Origin: Trueperaceae bacterium
GTDB taxonomy: Bacteria; Deinococcota; Deinococci; Deinococcales; Trueperaceae
Assembly (NCBI GenBank): GCA_965214405.1
Contig: OZ243956.1
Coordinates: 2,240,001-2,304,000, forward strand
Direction: 5' to 3'
DNA length: 64,000 nucleotides
A program made the translations under genes and the position numbers. This document shows, piece by piece, positions 49,257 through 61,450 of this stretch (within the stretch, counting starts at the first letter, position 1; each line of letters starts with the position of its first letter). Under the pieces are notes generated by a model. That model made no database searches. It worked only from the letters and a program-made list of their open reading frames with translations, and was not told the origin of the DNA.

Positions 49257-50330
49257 TTAATCGTCCGTATCGTCAGCGAATAGCGCCTGCTCCTCCTCGC
49301 GGTTCGCTTTCACCTTGTACCCTGCGGGCTCGCCCTGGATGGTGGCCACGACCTGCTGCTTTATCCGCTCAATGAGCTCGGGGTTCTCACTCAAGAAGCT
49401 CGCCGCTTTCTCCTTGCCTTGGCCTAAGCGGGTGTCGCCGTAGCCAAACCACGAGCCCGACTTCTGGATGATGTCTAAGTCAGACGCGATGTTGATCAGG
49501 TCGCCCAGCTTGTCAATCCCCCGCCCGAACATGATCTCGACCTCGGCTTCCTTAAAAGGCGGGGCCACCTTGTTCTTCGTGACCTTGACCCGCGTCCGGT
49601 TACCCACCTTGTCCACACCCGACTTCACGTCCCCCTTACGCCTCACTTCCATCCTGACTGAGGAGTAGAACTTTAGCGCGCGTCCTCCGGGTGTGGTCTC
49701 AGGGTTGCCGTACAACACGCCGATCTTTTCTCTGATCTGGTTGATAAAGATGGCCGTGGTGTGACTCTTGCTCAACACCCCGGTAAGCTTACGCAACGCT
49801 TGGCTCATCAGCCTGGCTTGTAAGCCTACGTGCGAGTCGCCCATCTCGCCCTCGATCTCAGCCCTGGGTACCAAGGCAGCCACCGAATCCACCACGATCA
49901 CGTCGACCGCGCCGCTACGGACCAACAGCTCGGTGATCTCCAGCGCCTGCTCACCCGTATCGGGCTGTGACACCAACAAGTTGTCGATGTCCACCCCCAG
50001 CGCCTTGGCGTACTGCGGGTCTAGCGCGTGTTCGGCGTCAACGAAAGCGGCCACGCCACCCGCGCGTTGAGCTTCGGCGACGATGTGCAGGCTCAGCGTG
50101 GTCTTACCGCCTGACTCGGGGCCGTAGATTTCCACCACCCGGCCGCGGGGCACGCCGCCGACGCCCAGGGCCAAGTCGACCGACATGCTGCCTGTCGAGA
50201 TGACGCCCTGCGAGAGCATGTTCACGTCCTCGCCCAGGCGCATGATCGCGCCCTTGCCGAACTGTTTCTCGATTTGGGAAAGGGTGTTTTTGAGGGACTT
50301 CTGCCTGTCTTCGCTCAAGGTCTGTGTCAT
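49257..50330 (-). CDS. recA: Recombinase RecA
   Basis: [47 protein letters not shown]. Confidence 0.98.
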   Translation of the reverse strand: MTQTLSEDRQKSLKNTLSQIEKQFGKGAIMRLGEDVNMLSQGVISTGSMSVDLALGVGGVPRGRVVEIYGPESGGKTTLSLHIVAEAQRAGGVAAFVDAEHALDPQYAKALGVDIDNLLVSQPDTGEQALEITELLVRSGAVDVIVVDSVAALVPRAEIEGEMGDSHVGLQARLMSQALRKLTGVLSKSHTTAIFINQIREKIGVLYGNPETTPGGRALKFYSSVRMEVRRKGDVKSGVDKVGNRTRVKVTKNKVAPPFKEAEVEIMFGRGIDKLGDLINIASDLDIIQKSGSWFGYGDTRLGQGKEKAASFLSENPELIERIKQQVVATIQGEPAGYKVKANREEEQALFADDTDD

Positions 50331-50360
50331 GTGGAGGAGTATACCTTAAAATATAAGGTA
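50331..50360 (-). promoter_or_regulatory. Leaderless recA promoter with overlapping palindrome
   Basis: TATACT-N7-ATG; TACCTTA-N5-TAAGGTA at 50342-50360. Confidence 0.55.
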
Positions 50361-50460
50361 GTGGATGAGTTTCCTTACATCCTCCCACGGACGCTTTATG
50401 ATAAGGGGCAACCATAAGCCAAATAGGTTTCTGCTAGAGCGACGGATGTGCTTTTCTAAC

Positions 50461-51093
50461 CTAAGGCGACAGCCGCACGATGTCCCACGCGTCATCGCGG
50501 CGGGTGTACCGAAACCTGTCGTGCAGGCGGTTGGGACGGCCCTGCCAGAACTCGAGCACCCGCGGCACCACCAGATACCCGCCCCAGAAGTCGGGCAGCG
50601 GCACCTCACCCTCTTGGTACGTTTCTTCCAGCTCTTTGAGACGCGCCTCGAGCGGCGCGCGGCTCTCCAGCACCCGGCTCTGCTGCGACGCCCACGCCCC
50701 GAGCTGAGACCCGTGCGGGCGGGATTTGAAATAAACCTCCGACGCCTCACGCGAGAGTTTATGGGCTTCTCCTTCGATGCGAACTTGGCGCTCGAGCGCG
50801 TGCCAATAAAAAACGAGCGCCACTTTGGGGTTGTGCTCGAGTTCTCCCCCCTTGCGGCTCTCGTACGAGCTGTAGAACCGAAACCCCTGCGCGTCCACCC
50901 CCTTGAGGAGCACCACGCGCGCGCTCGGCTGACCGTCTTCGCCCACCGTCGCTAAGGTCATCGCGGTGGGCTCGGGCACACCGGCGTCTAGGGCGGCTTG
51001 CAGCCACGCTTCAAATTGGGCGATGGGATCGGCGTCAAGGTTGGCTCTATGCAACTCACCGACGGTGTAGCTTTTGCGGAGGTCTTGAATCAT
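50461..51093 (-). CDS. pdxH: Pyridoxamine 5'-phosphate oxidase
   Basis: RVVLLK, RQVRIEG, SRP.GSQ, EFWQGRPNRLHDR, RLSP; TACAAT-N6-ATG. Confidence 0.95.
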   Translation of the reverse strand: MIQDLRKSYTVGELHRANLDADPIAQFEAWLQAALDAGVPEPTAMTLATVGEDGQPSARVVLLKGVDAQGFRFYSSYESRKGGELEHNPKVALVFYWHALERQVRIEGEAHKLSREASEVYFKSRPHGSQLGAWASQQSRVLESRAPLEARLKELEETYQEGEVPLPDFWGGYLVVPRVLEFWQGRPNRLHDRFRYTRRDDAWDIVRLSP

Positions 51094-51260
51094 CGTGACA
51101 TTGTACGGTTTTGGGTGGAGAAGCTTGAAGACCATAACGCCCAAACCCTCCCACACCCCCATGCGGACGACTCTATCGGGCGTAATACAAACGCGGCTCG
51201 AGCCTTCTTTTAGACTTCATTTAGTAGAATGAGTTGAATACTTACACAAAGGAGACACTC

Positions 51261-51569
51261 ATGTCCGACGATACCGACCCCAGAGATTACGGCCACCGCC
51301 CCGAATACATTAGCGACGACGACCAGCGTGAACGCGACGGCATCCACCCGACCGAGTACGACTTGGGGGGTGAGGCGGCGGCGCTGCGCCACGAGCTCGA
51401 GCGCCAGATGGAAAGCCTCATCGAGGACGCTCAAGACTGGCTCCAGAACACGAGCGACCCCGACGCGCAAAGCATCTACAACGCGATGGTCGACCTTTAC
51501 GAGCGTTTGGGGAACTCACCCGAGGAGAGCGAAGCGCCCGCAACGAGCACGGAAGACGTGATGCGGTAG
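51261..51569 (+). CDS. Acidic hypothetical protein
   Basis: RBS AAGGAG; host-like codon usage. Confidence 0.65.
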   Translation: MSDDTDPRDYGHRPEYISDDDQRERDGIHPTEYDLGGEAAALRHELERQMESLIEDAQDWLQNTSDPDAQSIYNAMVDLYERLGNSPEESEAPATSTEDVMR

Positions 51570-51700
51570 CGCTGAGGTTTGGGTTGAGGAGATAGGGGGG
51601 GTAGGGAATTGGGAAGAACTTCTCTGCTCCCGGTCTTCTCCGCACGCCCTTCAGAATTTGTAGGACGTGTAAAGAACTCGAGACGACAAAGGAATAACAC

Positions 51701-53763
<2,063 letters not shown>

Positions 53764-53767
<4 letters not shown>

Positions 53768-54462
53768 AAACGCTGACTTCGGAGAAGCCCCGCGTGCTGC
53801 CGCTCGAGACCGGCGACCGCCTCACCCGCGCCGAGTTCGAGGAGCGGTACAGCGCCATGCCGCACGTGAAAAAGGCCGAACTCATCGAAGGAGTCGTTTA
53901 CATGCCGTCACCCGTACGTTTTACGACGCACGGTCAACCCCACGGCTATCTCATGGCCTGGTTGGGTGTTTACTGCGCCGCAACGCCCTTTGTAACCTTT
54001 GGTGACAACGCCACAGTCCGGTTGGACGTCGACAATGAGCCTCAGCCGGACGCTCTCTTGCGTCTAGCGGAGGCGGCGGGGGGTACGTCCTCGGTTGATG
54101 AAGACGGCTATATCGCCGGTCCTCCCGAACTCGTCGTGGAAGTGGCCGGTAGCAGCGCCGCCTACGACCTCCACGACAAAAAGAATGCTTTCAGGAGGAA
54201 CGGCGTCCGGGAGTATCTGGTGTGGCAGACGTACAGCGAGCGCGTAGACTGGTTTTTGCTGCGTGAGGGACGTTACCTTTCCCTTTCCGCCGATGACGAG
54301 GGCGTGCTGAAAAGCGCCACCTTTCCGGGCCTTTGGTTGAACGCCAGGGCGTTGCTCGAGGGCGACCTCGCCACGGTGCTTTCTACGTTACAAACGGGTC
54401 TTCAGGAGGAGGCGCATCAGGCTTTTGTTGACAGGCTCGGGGCTCGAGCCAAGTCCGCTTAA
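53764..54462 (+). CDS. Uma2 (DUF820) family putative endonuclease
   Basis: Paralog of 37645-38352 with the same motifs. Confidence 0.88.
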
Positions 54463-54549
54463 TCTCAGAAATCGTTTTTAGCAAGGCCAAATTCACAGTT
54501 TGAGAAAGAGTAAAAAGCCCGTCGCGTGGTGGGTTTTTGTGCGGGACCT

Positions 54550-55284
54550 CTAAGCGGGGACGCTCTGGGCGTGGTCAACTGCCTCGAGCAGCAGCGCGAA
54601 AGGAACATGCTGTTCGGGGTACTCCTGAAAACTCATCTCCGGGTGCCACTGCACGCCCAGCACGAACGAATCGCCCGTCCCCTCGACTGCCTCGACCACG
54701 CCGTCGCTTGCGCGCGCGGTGACGCGTAAGTTCGCCCCCAGCGTCGCCACCGCCTGGTGATGATACGAATTGCAGCGCGTCGAGGTCGCTTTATAAGCTG
54801 CGGCCAAGCGGGAGCCGGGCTCGAGCCCGACCGTATGCGAGGGTGCCCCGCCGATGTTGTGCTGGTCGTGCTGGATGGTGTTTTCCAGCGCCGGGAGGTG
54901 CTGGTGCAGCGTGCCGCCCTCGGCTACGTTGATGAGTTGGATGCCGCGGCAGACGCCCAGTATGGGCAGCCCGCGCGCCTTGGCGGCGCGGTACAAGGCC
55001 AACTCAAAGGCGTCACGCTGCACGTCCACGAAACCCAACTGCGGGTGCGGCTCCGCGCCGAAAAAGCCGGGGTCAAGGTCCACGCCGCCCGTAAAGAGCA
55101 CGCCGTCCGCCGCCGCCGCGTACGGCCCGGCGAGCGCGGGGTCAAGGTTGCTAACCAGCAGCGGCAGGCCGCCCGCCAGCACCACGGCTTCGGAGTAGTT
55201 GAGGCCGGTGAGCGAATCCGTGCGGCGTAAGGAGGTGCTGCGGGGGCTCGAGGAAGTGGTCACCAAAATGCGTGGACGCGTCAT
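54550..55284 (-). CDS. Gamma-glutamyl-GABA hydrolase-like (peptidase C26)
   Basis: TGGVD, GVCRGIQ, NSYHHQA, VQWHPE. Confidence 0.9.
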   Translation of the reverse strand: MTRPRILVTTSSSPRSTSLRRTDSLTGLNYSEAVVLAGGLPLLVSNLDPALAGPYAAAADGVLFTGGVDLDPGFFGAEPHPQLGFVDVQRDAFELALYRAAKARGLPILGVCRGIQLINVAEGGTLHQHLPALENTIQHDQHNIGGAPSHTVGLEPGSRLAAAYKATSTRCNSYHHQAVATLGANLRVTARASDGVVEAVEGTGDSFVLGVQWHPEMSFQEYPEQHVPFALLLEAVDHAQSVPA

Positions 55285-55358
55285 GCCCAGAGCCTAGCAG
55301 GTTTGGGGGGAGCCGCGCGTGCGCTCCTTTACGTCCTGTTCAAGTTCATACGCGCGTC

Positions 55359-56183
55359 TCACGCACGAGCCCACCACTCGAGCGCTACCTGACGCTCGGC
55401 GGGCTCAAAGCCGACCGACTCGTAAAGTTTGGCCGCGTGGTAGTCCTCGTCGGCCACCATCACGAGCGTGCCCACTCCCTCCTCCAAAGCCTCGCGCGCG
55501 ACTTCGTAGACCAACCTGCCGCAGAGGCCGCGCCGCCGGAAGTCGGGGTGCGTTTCGACCGACTGAAAGCGGCCCACTGTTCTACTGGCTGCGTGACCGT
55601 CAAAGAAGAGCCCCAAACCGGCGACGAGCCGCCCCTCCAAAAAAGCGCCGTGCCAGTCTCCCAACCCCGCGCGACTCATGGCGCGGTTCTCGGCCAAGCG
55701 GCGCGTGAGATAGGCGCGGTGCGACGCCTCTTCAAACTGTGCGTTGCGGCACGCGACACCAAGCTCGAGCGCCGCCTCCCAATCTTCATCGCTCTCGAGC
55801 CGCCGCACCTCCGCCGCCTCGTTGCATCTGGGAGGTTTGCTCACCGCCCGGGCGGTCAAGACGACCTCACGCGAGAGGCTGAAGCCGCGTTCCAGAAACT
55901 CCGCCACCTTGCCCGTTTCGCCGTTCACAGTGTCCCAGCCAAAAACCATGTGGTTGACGGTGGGCGGCTCGCCAATCTCTTTGCGAAACAGGTTTATCCA
56001 GCGTTCTGCGTCCCCCGCGCCGGGCGGACTTGCGAAAAGGAGGAAGTTGCCCCACCAGTAGGATGGATTTGAGGGGGTACGCACCACGAGATAGTCATCA
56101 AGATGATCGTCGCGGTGAGTTACCTCACCGGAAAAAGAGGCGAAAACGAGGTCGGTGCGGTAGCCGAGCGAGGTGACGTTCAC
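55359..56183 (-). CDS. GNAT family N-acetyltransferase
   Basis: TPSNPSYWWGN, VETHPDFRRRGL, LYESVGF. Confidence 0.85.
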   Translation of the reverse strand: MNVTSLGYRTDLVFASFSGEVTHRDDHLDDYLVVRTPSNPSYWWGNFLLFASPPGAGDAERWINLFRKEIGEPPTVNHMVFGWDTVNGETGKVAEFLERGFSLSREVVLTARAVSKPPRCNEAAEVRRLESDEDWEAALELGVACRNAQFEEASHRAYLTRRLAENRAMSRAGLGDWHGAFLEGRLVAGLGLFFDGHAASRTVGRFQSVETHPDFRRRGLCGRLVYEVAREALEEGVGTLVMVADEDYHAAKLYESVGFEPAERQVALEWWARA

Positions 56184-56402
56184 AAGTTTCTCCGGGGGCC
56201 AGCATAACAAACGAATCCGTCGGCCCCTCTCGGGTTTGCTTGCGGTACAATCCGGCGGGGGAACGGCTGACCCAACCCTCACGAAACGGTGGCGAACTTT
56301 GAGAAGTCTGGTTCCGGAGGCGCAAAGCGACGGCCGACCTTGAAGTATAGAAAAAGTATAAGACTTTAGAATACCAAGAGGTCATGAGGAGTTTTATGAA
56401 AG

Positions 56403-58226
56403 ATGAAGCCTTTGCTTAGGGTCTATAGACGGCGTGTGGGGTCCATTTGGGTTCTTTACTTTGCGTTCCTGACGTTCATTTATCTGCTGCCGCTCTGGCT
56501 GTTCACTTACTTTCCGACCGCGGACGGCCCCGTTCACTTGGGCTCTGCCGCCGTTCTGAAAGAGCTCGCGCAGGGTGACGCGCCTTTTTTGAGTACCTTT
56601 TTCTATCCGCAGTGGAGTTTTGCGACCAACCAGCTCTATCACGGGCTGCTGGTCTCTTTAGGCTCTCTAATGCCGTTTTTGACCGCTGAAAAGCTCATCT
56701 TGAGTTTTTACGTCGTCATGCTGCCCTTAGCAACTCTGTTCGCCGTCAGGCGTCTGCGGGGCGAGGCGCTGGCCGTTTTCCTGGTTTTTCCTTTCATCTA
56801 CTCCTACATCGTGCTGTTGGGGCTCTACAACCTCGCGTTGGGGCTCGTTGTTTTTATGTTCACCGTGGGGGTTTATCTCTCGCTAGCGCGGCGGCCGACG
56901 CTGGCGAAGGGCGTTCTTCTGGCCTCCCTCTTGCTCTTGGCATATTTCGTTCACGTGATCGCGGCGGCGAGCGCGCTTCTCTCTATCGGCGTGATGGCGG
57001 TCTTTAAGCTTCTGGCTTCTCTTTTGGGGTGGGAACCCGTGAGTCGGGGGGTTGCTCGAGGAGACGCACGTCCGGCCCGGCGCGGGGTGAACGCAAAACC
57101 TATCCATCTCTTTGGCGGCACCCTGCTCACCTTTGTGCCCGTGGTAGCGCTTATCGGCATCTTTTTCTTAACGACGGGTCAGGATTCGGCCTCGGACGCG
57201 TCTTTATCCAACTTTGTGGGCGTGCCGACCATGATTCGCACCTTTCTGACGCAGCCCTCGTCGCCCTTAGCGGTCGGTAGGCGCATCCTGACGACCTACA
57301 CCTACACGGACGTGTTCGTGACGGCCCCCTGGAATTTGCTGCTGCTGGTGCTCGCGGGAGGAGCGCTCTACCGCACCTTTACCCGTTCAACCGGGCGGCG
57401 CGAGCGCGGCTTTGGCAATGTTGTGCTTCCGGCGGTTATTGTGTTCGCGTTTATCGTGGTGTGGTCGCCGCGCAGGCTGGGCGAGGTAGGGCTCCTGACG
57501 GAGCGCTTTTTGCCCTTTTTGTACCTTTTGTTCGTGCTGTGGCTCTCGAGCAAACCCCTCACCCCGCGCCTGTGGCGTCACACGGCGCTGTTGGGTTTCG
57601 CCTTTGCCGCCGCGAGCTTGTTTTACCACCTGCCCGTTTTTGCTATGTTCAACCACGACCTCAAGGAGTACGTGTCGGCGGCGGAGAGTATTAGAGACGA
57701 CTCGACGGTGCTGGCGGTTCCTCTTAACAACTACGACCGGAACGCGAGTTTGGAAAACGGTCTTAACGAGATGTATCCGGAACTGCGCCTAAGCCCTTTT
57801 ATCGGCGCAACGGGCTATATCGCCCTGGAGCGCACCATCGCCGACCTGCGTAACTACCAGGCGCGCAAAGACTACTTCCCGCTGCGCCTACGCCCCGAGC
57901 TGAGTTCCGACCTCTATTTAACCTCCGAAAACGCTGAGGAAAAAACCAGCGAGGGCTTGAGCCACCTCGATTATCCGCCCTTCAGCATCGACCTCTCAAG
58001 ATATGAAGCCGAAACGGGCTGCACCGTTGACTACGTGCTCTTTTGGGGACCCTTCGAGGCCTATGAGGGGGAAATAGCGCCGATCCTCGAGCAGTTGCAG
58101 CCCAACTACACCCTCACCTATATTTCTAAGCCGCGCGGCCTCATGCGCGTGTACGAGCGGCAGGGGGAGAGGCGTCCGGCGGACGCGCCTTGTACGCCGA
58201 CCGAGCAGCCTGTTGCGACGCCCTAG
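56403..58226 (+). CDS. Multi-pass membrane protein (GT-C glycosyltransferase-like)
   Basis: About 10-12 TM helices, DGPVH motif after TM1, soluble C-terminal domain. Confidence 0.6.
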   Translation: MKPLLRVYRRRVGSIWVLYFAFLTFIYLLPLWLFTYFPTADGPVHLGSAAVLKELAQGDAPFLSTFFYPQWSFATNQLYHGLLVSLGSLMPFLTAEKLILSFYVVMLPLATLFAVRRLRGEALAVFLVFPFIYSYIVLLGLYNLALGLVVFMFTVGVYLSLARRPTLAKGVLLASLLLLAYFVHVIAAASALLSIGVMAVFKLLASLLGWEPVSRGVARGDARPARRGVNAKPIHLFGGTLLTFVPVVALIGIFFLTTGQDSASDASLSNFVGVPTMIRTFLTQPSSPLAVGRRILTTYTYTDVFVTAPWNLLLLVLAGGALYRTFTRSTGRRERGFGNVVLPAVIVFAFIVVWSPRRLGEVGLLTERFLPFLYLLFVLWLSSKPLTPRLWRHTALLGFAFAAASLFYHLPVFAMFNHDLKEYVSAAESIRDDSTVLAVPLNNYDRNASLENGLNEMYPELRLSPFIGATGYIALERTIADLRNYQARKDYFPLRLRPELSSDLYLTSENAEEKTSEGLSHLDYPPFSIDLSRYEAETGCTVDYVLFWGPFEAYEGEIAPILEQLQPNYTLTYISKPRGLMRVYERQGERRPADAPCTPTEQPVATP

Positions 58227-58461
58227 GAGGGTCCAAGGCCAATCTCGAGACGTCTGGTCCAGCGTTACAACCCAGCAGAAGCAAAACAGTCTCGGTAATC
58301 CAAGCTATGATGTCGTGGCGCGGGTGCAAATCCAGCTTCGTTGTGGCAGCGAAGCGTTCAGGGGGTCGTCTGAGAAGGGGCTCGAGTCTCTGGGCCTCTC
58401 GTTTAGCGATGACGCATCGCTGCATCTGCTTATTGACAGACCGTTAGGCTGGGTCTCGTTA

Positions 58462-59665
58462 CAGGGCTGACGCATCTTAATCGGGGATGAGGCCCCTGAG
58501 GATGCGCGCACGAAAGGCGTCATCCCAAGCAGCCCTTTTGCGCTTGCCTTTGAGCGAGCCTTCAGAACCCTCTTGTCTAAGCAGGTTTAAGGCAAACTGT
58601 CTCAAGACGGACATGTTTTCCGCACCACGGCGGTCTGTATAGGAGTGAGCATCCTCAGCAAAAACAACGTCCAAGGTCCAATGCAGTTTGTTTTCGACCC
58701 CCCAATGAGCACGAACGGTTGCTAAGAGCTTTTCAGCATCAGCCTTAAAGCTGCACAAGTAGTAGCGCGCTTCTTTAGTGGTTTGGCCTTTGAGGGTACG
58801 TTTTGAAGTAACTTTGGCGACACTTTCCAGTCCAGGCCATTGATGAGCCTCTAGGTAAGCGAGTTCAGATGAGTCGGCTAAGACGGTGCAGCGCCTAAGC
58901 TCGTCACGCCCGCGGCTACGCTCATGGGTCTCGAAGGAGTTGCTGAAAAGCTCAGCATCAACATTTTCAAACAGCCACACGACATCTTCATGGAGCTTGG
59001 GGTGGTTTTGTTTGAGCGCCATGATGTACTCGGCTTTATGTTCTTTGACTTTGACGGCGATAGCACGCTGCGTGTTAAGCGCGTCCACGCTCACGGTGCA
59101 GCCTGCTAAGCTAAGCAGCGACAGCGTGTCGAGCAAGTCTGGCATACAGCTAATCTCACTACTCTTGCCGTCTACTGCTGTTGATGTTAAACATAGACCG
59201 TGCGCGTGTGACCAAACGTTAAGCATGTGTACAGCCCTGACATGTTCGCTTACCGAACCGCGTAGCTGCTTGCCGTCAATCGCCAGCACATCCTCGGCGC
59301 TGAGGCGACCACCTATGGCTGCTCGCACCCAAGAGAGCGCGCAACTCTGGAACTGGGCAGGGTCCAGTAGCGAAAACACTCTGTCGAACGTGTCGTGTGA
59401 GGGGATGCCGTTCTTCAACTCAAGAAACCCCTCCAGCCACTCCCTTTTCGTCCCTCCAAACGTCTCTATCTCATAAAAGCTATCCGCCCCCGCCAGCACC
59501 GCGCTTAATGCTACAGCCACGATGCTAACCAGCGAATGCTGTTTGCTCCTTTCTATTCTCGGATCCGGCAAGGCTGCAAAGTGCAAAACTGCTAAGCGTA
59601 ACTGCTCCGTTGCTAGCTCTTCATCCATTCCAGAAGCTTAGCCCCTTTTTGATGCGTCAGCCCTG
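58462..59665 (-). mobile_element. ISAs1-family insertion sequence
   Basis: TIRs CAGGGCTGACGCATC / GATGCGTCAGCCCTG; 10-bp target duplication GGTCTCGTTA (58452-58461, 59666-59675). Confidence 0.95.
58477..59628 (-). CDS. ISAs1 transposase
   Basis: DPR, PSHDTF, AIDGK, DAL, HWGVENKLHW.LDV.F.ED. Confidence 0.95.
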   Translation of the reverse strand: MDEELATEQLRLAVLHFAALPDPRIERSKQHSLVSIVAVALSAVLAGADSFYEIETFGGTKREWLEGFLELKNGIPSHDTFDRVFSLLDPAQFQSCALSWVRAAIGGRLSAEDVLAIDGKQLRGSVSEHVRAVHMLNVWSHAHGLCLTSTAVDGKSSEISCMPDLLDTLSLLSLAGCTVSVDALNTQRAIAVKVKEHKAEYIMALKQNHPKLHEDVVWLFENVDAELFSNSFETHERSRGRDELRRCTVLADSSELAYLEAHQWPGLESVAKVTSKRTLKGQTTKEARYYLCSFKADAEKLLATVRAHWGVENKLHWTLDVVFAEDAHSYTDRRGAENMSVLRQFALNLLRQEGSEGSLKGKRKRAAWDDAFRARILRGLIPD

Positions 59666-59701
59666 GGTCTCGTTAGGCTATCCCGACGTAGACCACACCC
59701 C

Positions 59702-59730
59702 TTGTGTTATGACAGTTCGCTGGATATAAT
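59702..59730 (+). promoter_or_regulatory. Promoter of the tRNA gene
   Basis: TTGTGT-N17-TATAAT. Confidence 0.6.
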
Positions 59731-59809
59731 CACGTGCTAGGATCCGGTCGGCGGCGTTATAGCTCAGGCCGCCAAAATGTGCTGGGTGTTGTATAAGAGC
59801 GTAGTGCGC

Positions 59810-59886
59810 GGCGATGTAGCTCAGCCGGTTAGAGCACACGACTCATAATCGTGGGGTCGGCGGTTCAAGTCCGCCCATCGCTACCA
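59810..59886 (+). tRNA. tRNA with CAT anticodon (elongator Met, or Ile2)
   Basis: GGCGATGTAGCTCAG...CTCATAA loop, GGTTCAAGTCC, encoded CCA; lacks initiator features. Confidence 0.93.
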
Positions 59887-59911
59887 AGCTTGCGCGAAAA
59901 CACATTTTGGG

Positions 59912-59943
59912 AAAAGGACACGTTTCAGAGCGTGTCCTTTTTT
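59912..59943. terminator. Intrinsic terminator
   Basis: AAAAGGACACG-TTTCAGAG-CGTGTCCTTTTTT. Confidence 0.8.
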
Positions 59944-59978
59944 GCTGTTCAACAGGTTGCGAAAGATCTCTCGAGCCC

Positions 59979-60794
59979 CTACCTTTCCCAATCCGGGCTG
60001 CTGTCCGGGTCCACCATCCGCTCGCCCTTATTGAGGTTGGAAATCTCCTGCATCTCGTCGTCGCTCAGTTCAAAATCGAAAATATCAAAGTTGCTCTCGC
60101 GGTGTTCGGCGCTCGAGGCTTTGGGAATCGCCGCCACCTGCTCTTGCTGTACGAGCCAGCGCAGCGTGACCTGAACGGCGTTCTTGCCGTGGCGCTCGCC
60201 AATTTTGCTTAGCGTCTCGTCGTCCATCACTTCGCCTTGCGCGACCGGGCTATAAGCGGTGAGCATATAATCCCGTTCGCGCGCCTGGGCACGGAGCTTG
60301 TCTTGTGACAAGTACGGGTGATACTCCACCTGATTGCAGAACACGGGCGCCATCCCGAACGCCTCCTCGACCAGCGAGGGCGTAAAGTTGCTCACGCCGA
60401 TGTGCTTGACCGCGCCGCCACGCTGAAGCTCCAAAAGCGCCCCCAGCGTCTCCTCCAAGGGCACGTCCGGGTTGGGCCAATGTAGCAGGAGCAGGTCGAC
60501 GTAGTCGGTGCCGAGCTTGTTTAAGCTTTCGCGGGTTGAGGAGAGGGCTTTGTCATGGGTAAAGTTGTCCGGTTTCACCTTGGTGGTTAAAAAGATGTCG
60601 CCCCTCGAGAGAGCCGACTTCTTGATTCCCTCGCCCACCCTCTCCTCGTTGTCGTAGCCCTGCGCGGTGTCGATATGCCGGTAACCGAGCGAAAGCGCGT
60701 GCGCGACCCCTTCGGTGCATTCTTCGCCCTCGAGCTGCCACGTGCCAAAGCCGAGCGCCGGGACTTTTTCGTTTTGAACGTTGACGTAAATCAT
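59979..60794 (-). CDS. Aldo/keto reductase
   Basis: GFGTW, GYRHIDTAQ.Y.NE, LLHWP, IGVSNF, IPK. Confidence 0.92.
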   Translation of the reverse strand: MIYVNVQNEKVPALGFGTWQLEGEECTEGVAHALSLGYRHIDTAQGYDNEERVGEGIKKSALSRGDIFLTTKVKPDNFTHDKALSSTRESLNKLGTDYVDLLLLHWPNPDVPLEETLGALLELQRGGAVKHIGVSNFTPSLVEEAFGMAPVFCNQVEYHPYLSQDKLRAQARERDYMLTAYSPVAQGEVMDDETLSKIGERHGKNAVQVTLRWLVQQEQVAAIPKASSAEHRESNFDIFDFELSDDEMQEISNLNKGERMVDPDSSPDWER

Positions 60795-60935
60795 CGGGTT
60801 CCTTTCCGTTTCGCGTGCTGTTTCTTGGGTTAATAAGGTTCGCTCACTTACGCCACCATAAAAAGGAAAAGGCGGAAACACTGCGAGAGAGGGCGCAGTT
60901 CCAGAAAGCAGAACAAGCCAGCCTGCGGCGCGTAG

Positions 60936-61367
60936 TCAAGCTGCGCTCAACGCTTCAATGACTTGAACAACATCATTTACCCAATATTTAAGTTCACTGC
61001 AAGACGTTGAAAAGGATAGGTCAGGGGCTACACCAAAGTAGATGTCCGACAGTAAAAGCTGCCTGGCTAAAGCTGAAATCAAGGCGGTTTTGGCCTCTTT
61101 ACGCTCGAGGCTGTTAGGTACTCCAAAAGCTAGCACACGCATAGGGTCGCTCAGGCTGAGACCTTGCTTCTCAAGGTTCACACCAACCGTACGTGCATTT
61201 TCATCCGAGGCGTGCAGATGCAACTCAGCCCGCGCAACGGGGTGCATCCAAGTGGCTCCCACATAAAAAGTTCGGGAATCCAAATTTCGAAACCAGCAGT
61301 AAATACACTGCTTCTCGAGAGTGACGTGGCCCTTCTCGATTTTAAGAACGGACGGTTTGATACTCAT
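60936..61367 (-). CDS. Low-GC hypothetical protein, possibly GIY-YIG-like
   Basis: TAAACT-N6-ATG; CIYCW...FYVGAT..P..R..H pattern. Confidence 0.55.
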   Translation of the reverse strand: MSIKPSVLKIEKGHVTLEKQCIYCWFRNLDSRTFYVGATWMHPVARAELHLHASDENARTVGVNLEKQGLSLSDPMRVLAFGVPNSLERKEAKTALISALARQLLLSDIYFGVAPDLSFSTSCSELKYWVNDVVQVIEALSAA

Positions 61368-61450
61368 CGGCAGAGTTTAACTCGAGCCCCAAGCGGCGAG
61401 ACCCCACGCTTTCCCCTGCACTTTTCTCTCTCAACCATGTAAACTGCCCT

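Noticed and set aside
58227..58461. Short ORFs or a possible transposase remnant left of ISAs1
   Set aside because: No convincing motifs or RBS, and no frame reconstructable across the ISAs1 target site.
59750..59773. GGCGGCGTTATAGCTCAGG as a tRNA fragment or att site
   Set aside because: Only a short 5'-like match that forms a local hairpin; no 3' tRNA duplication or integrase.
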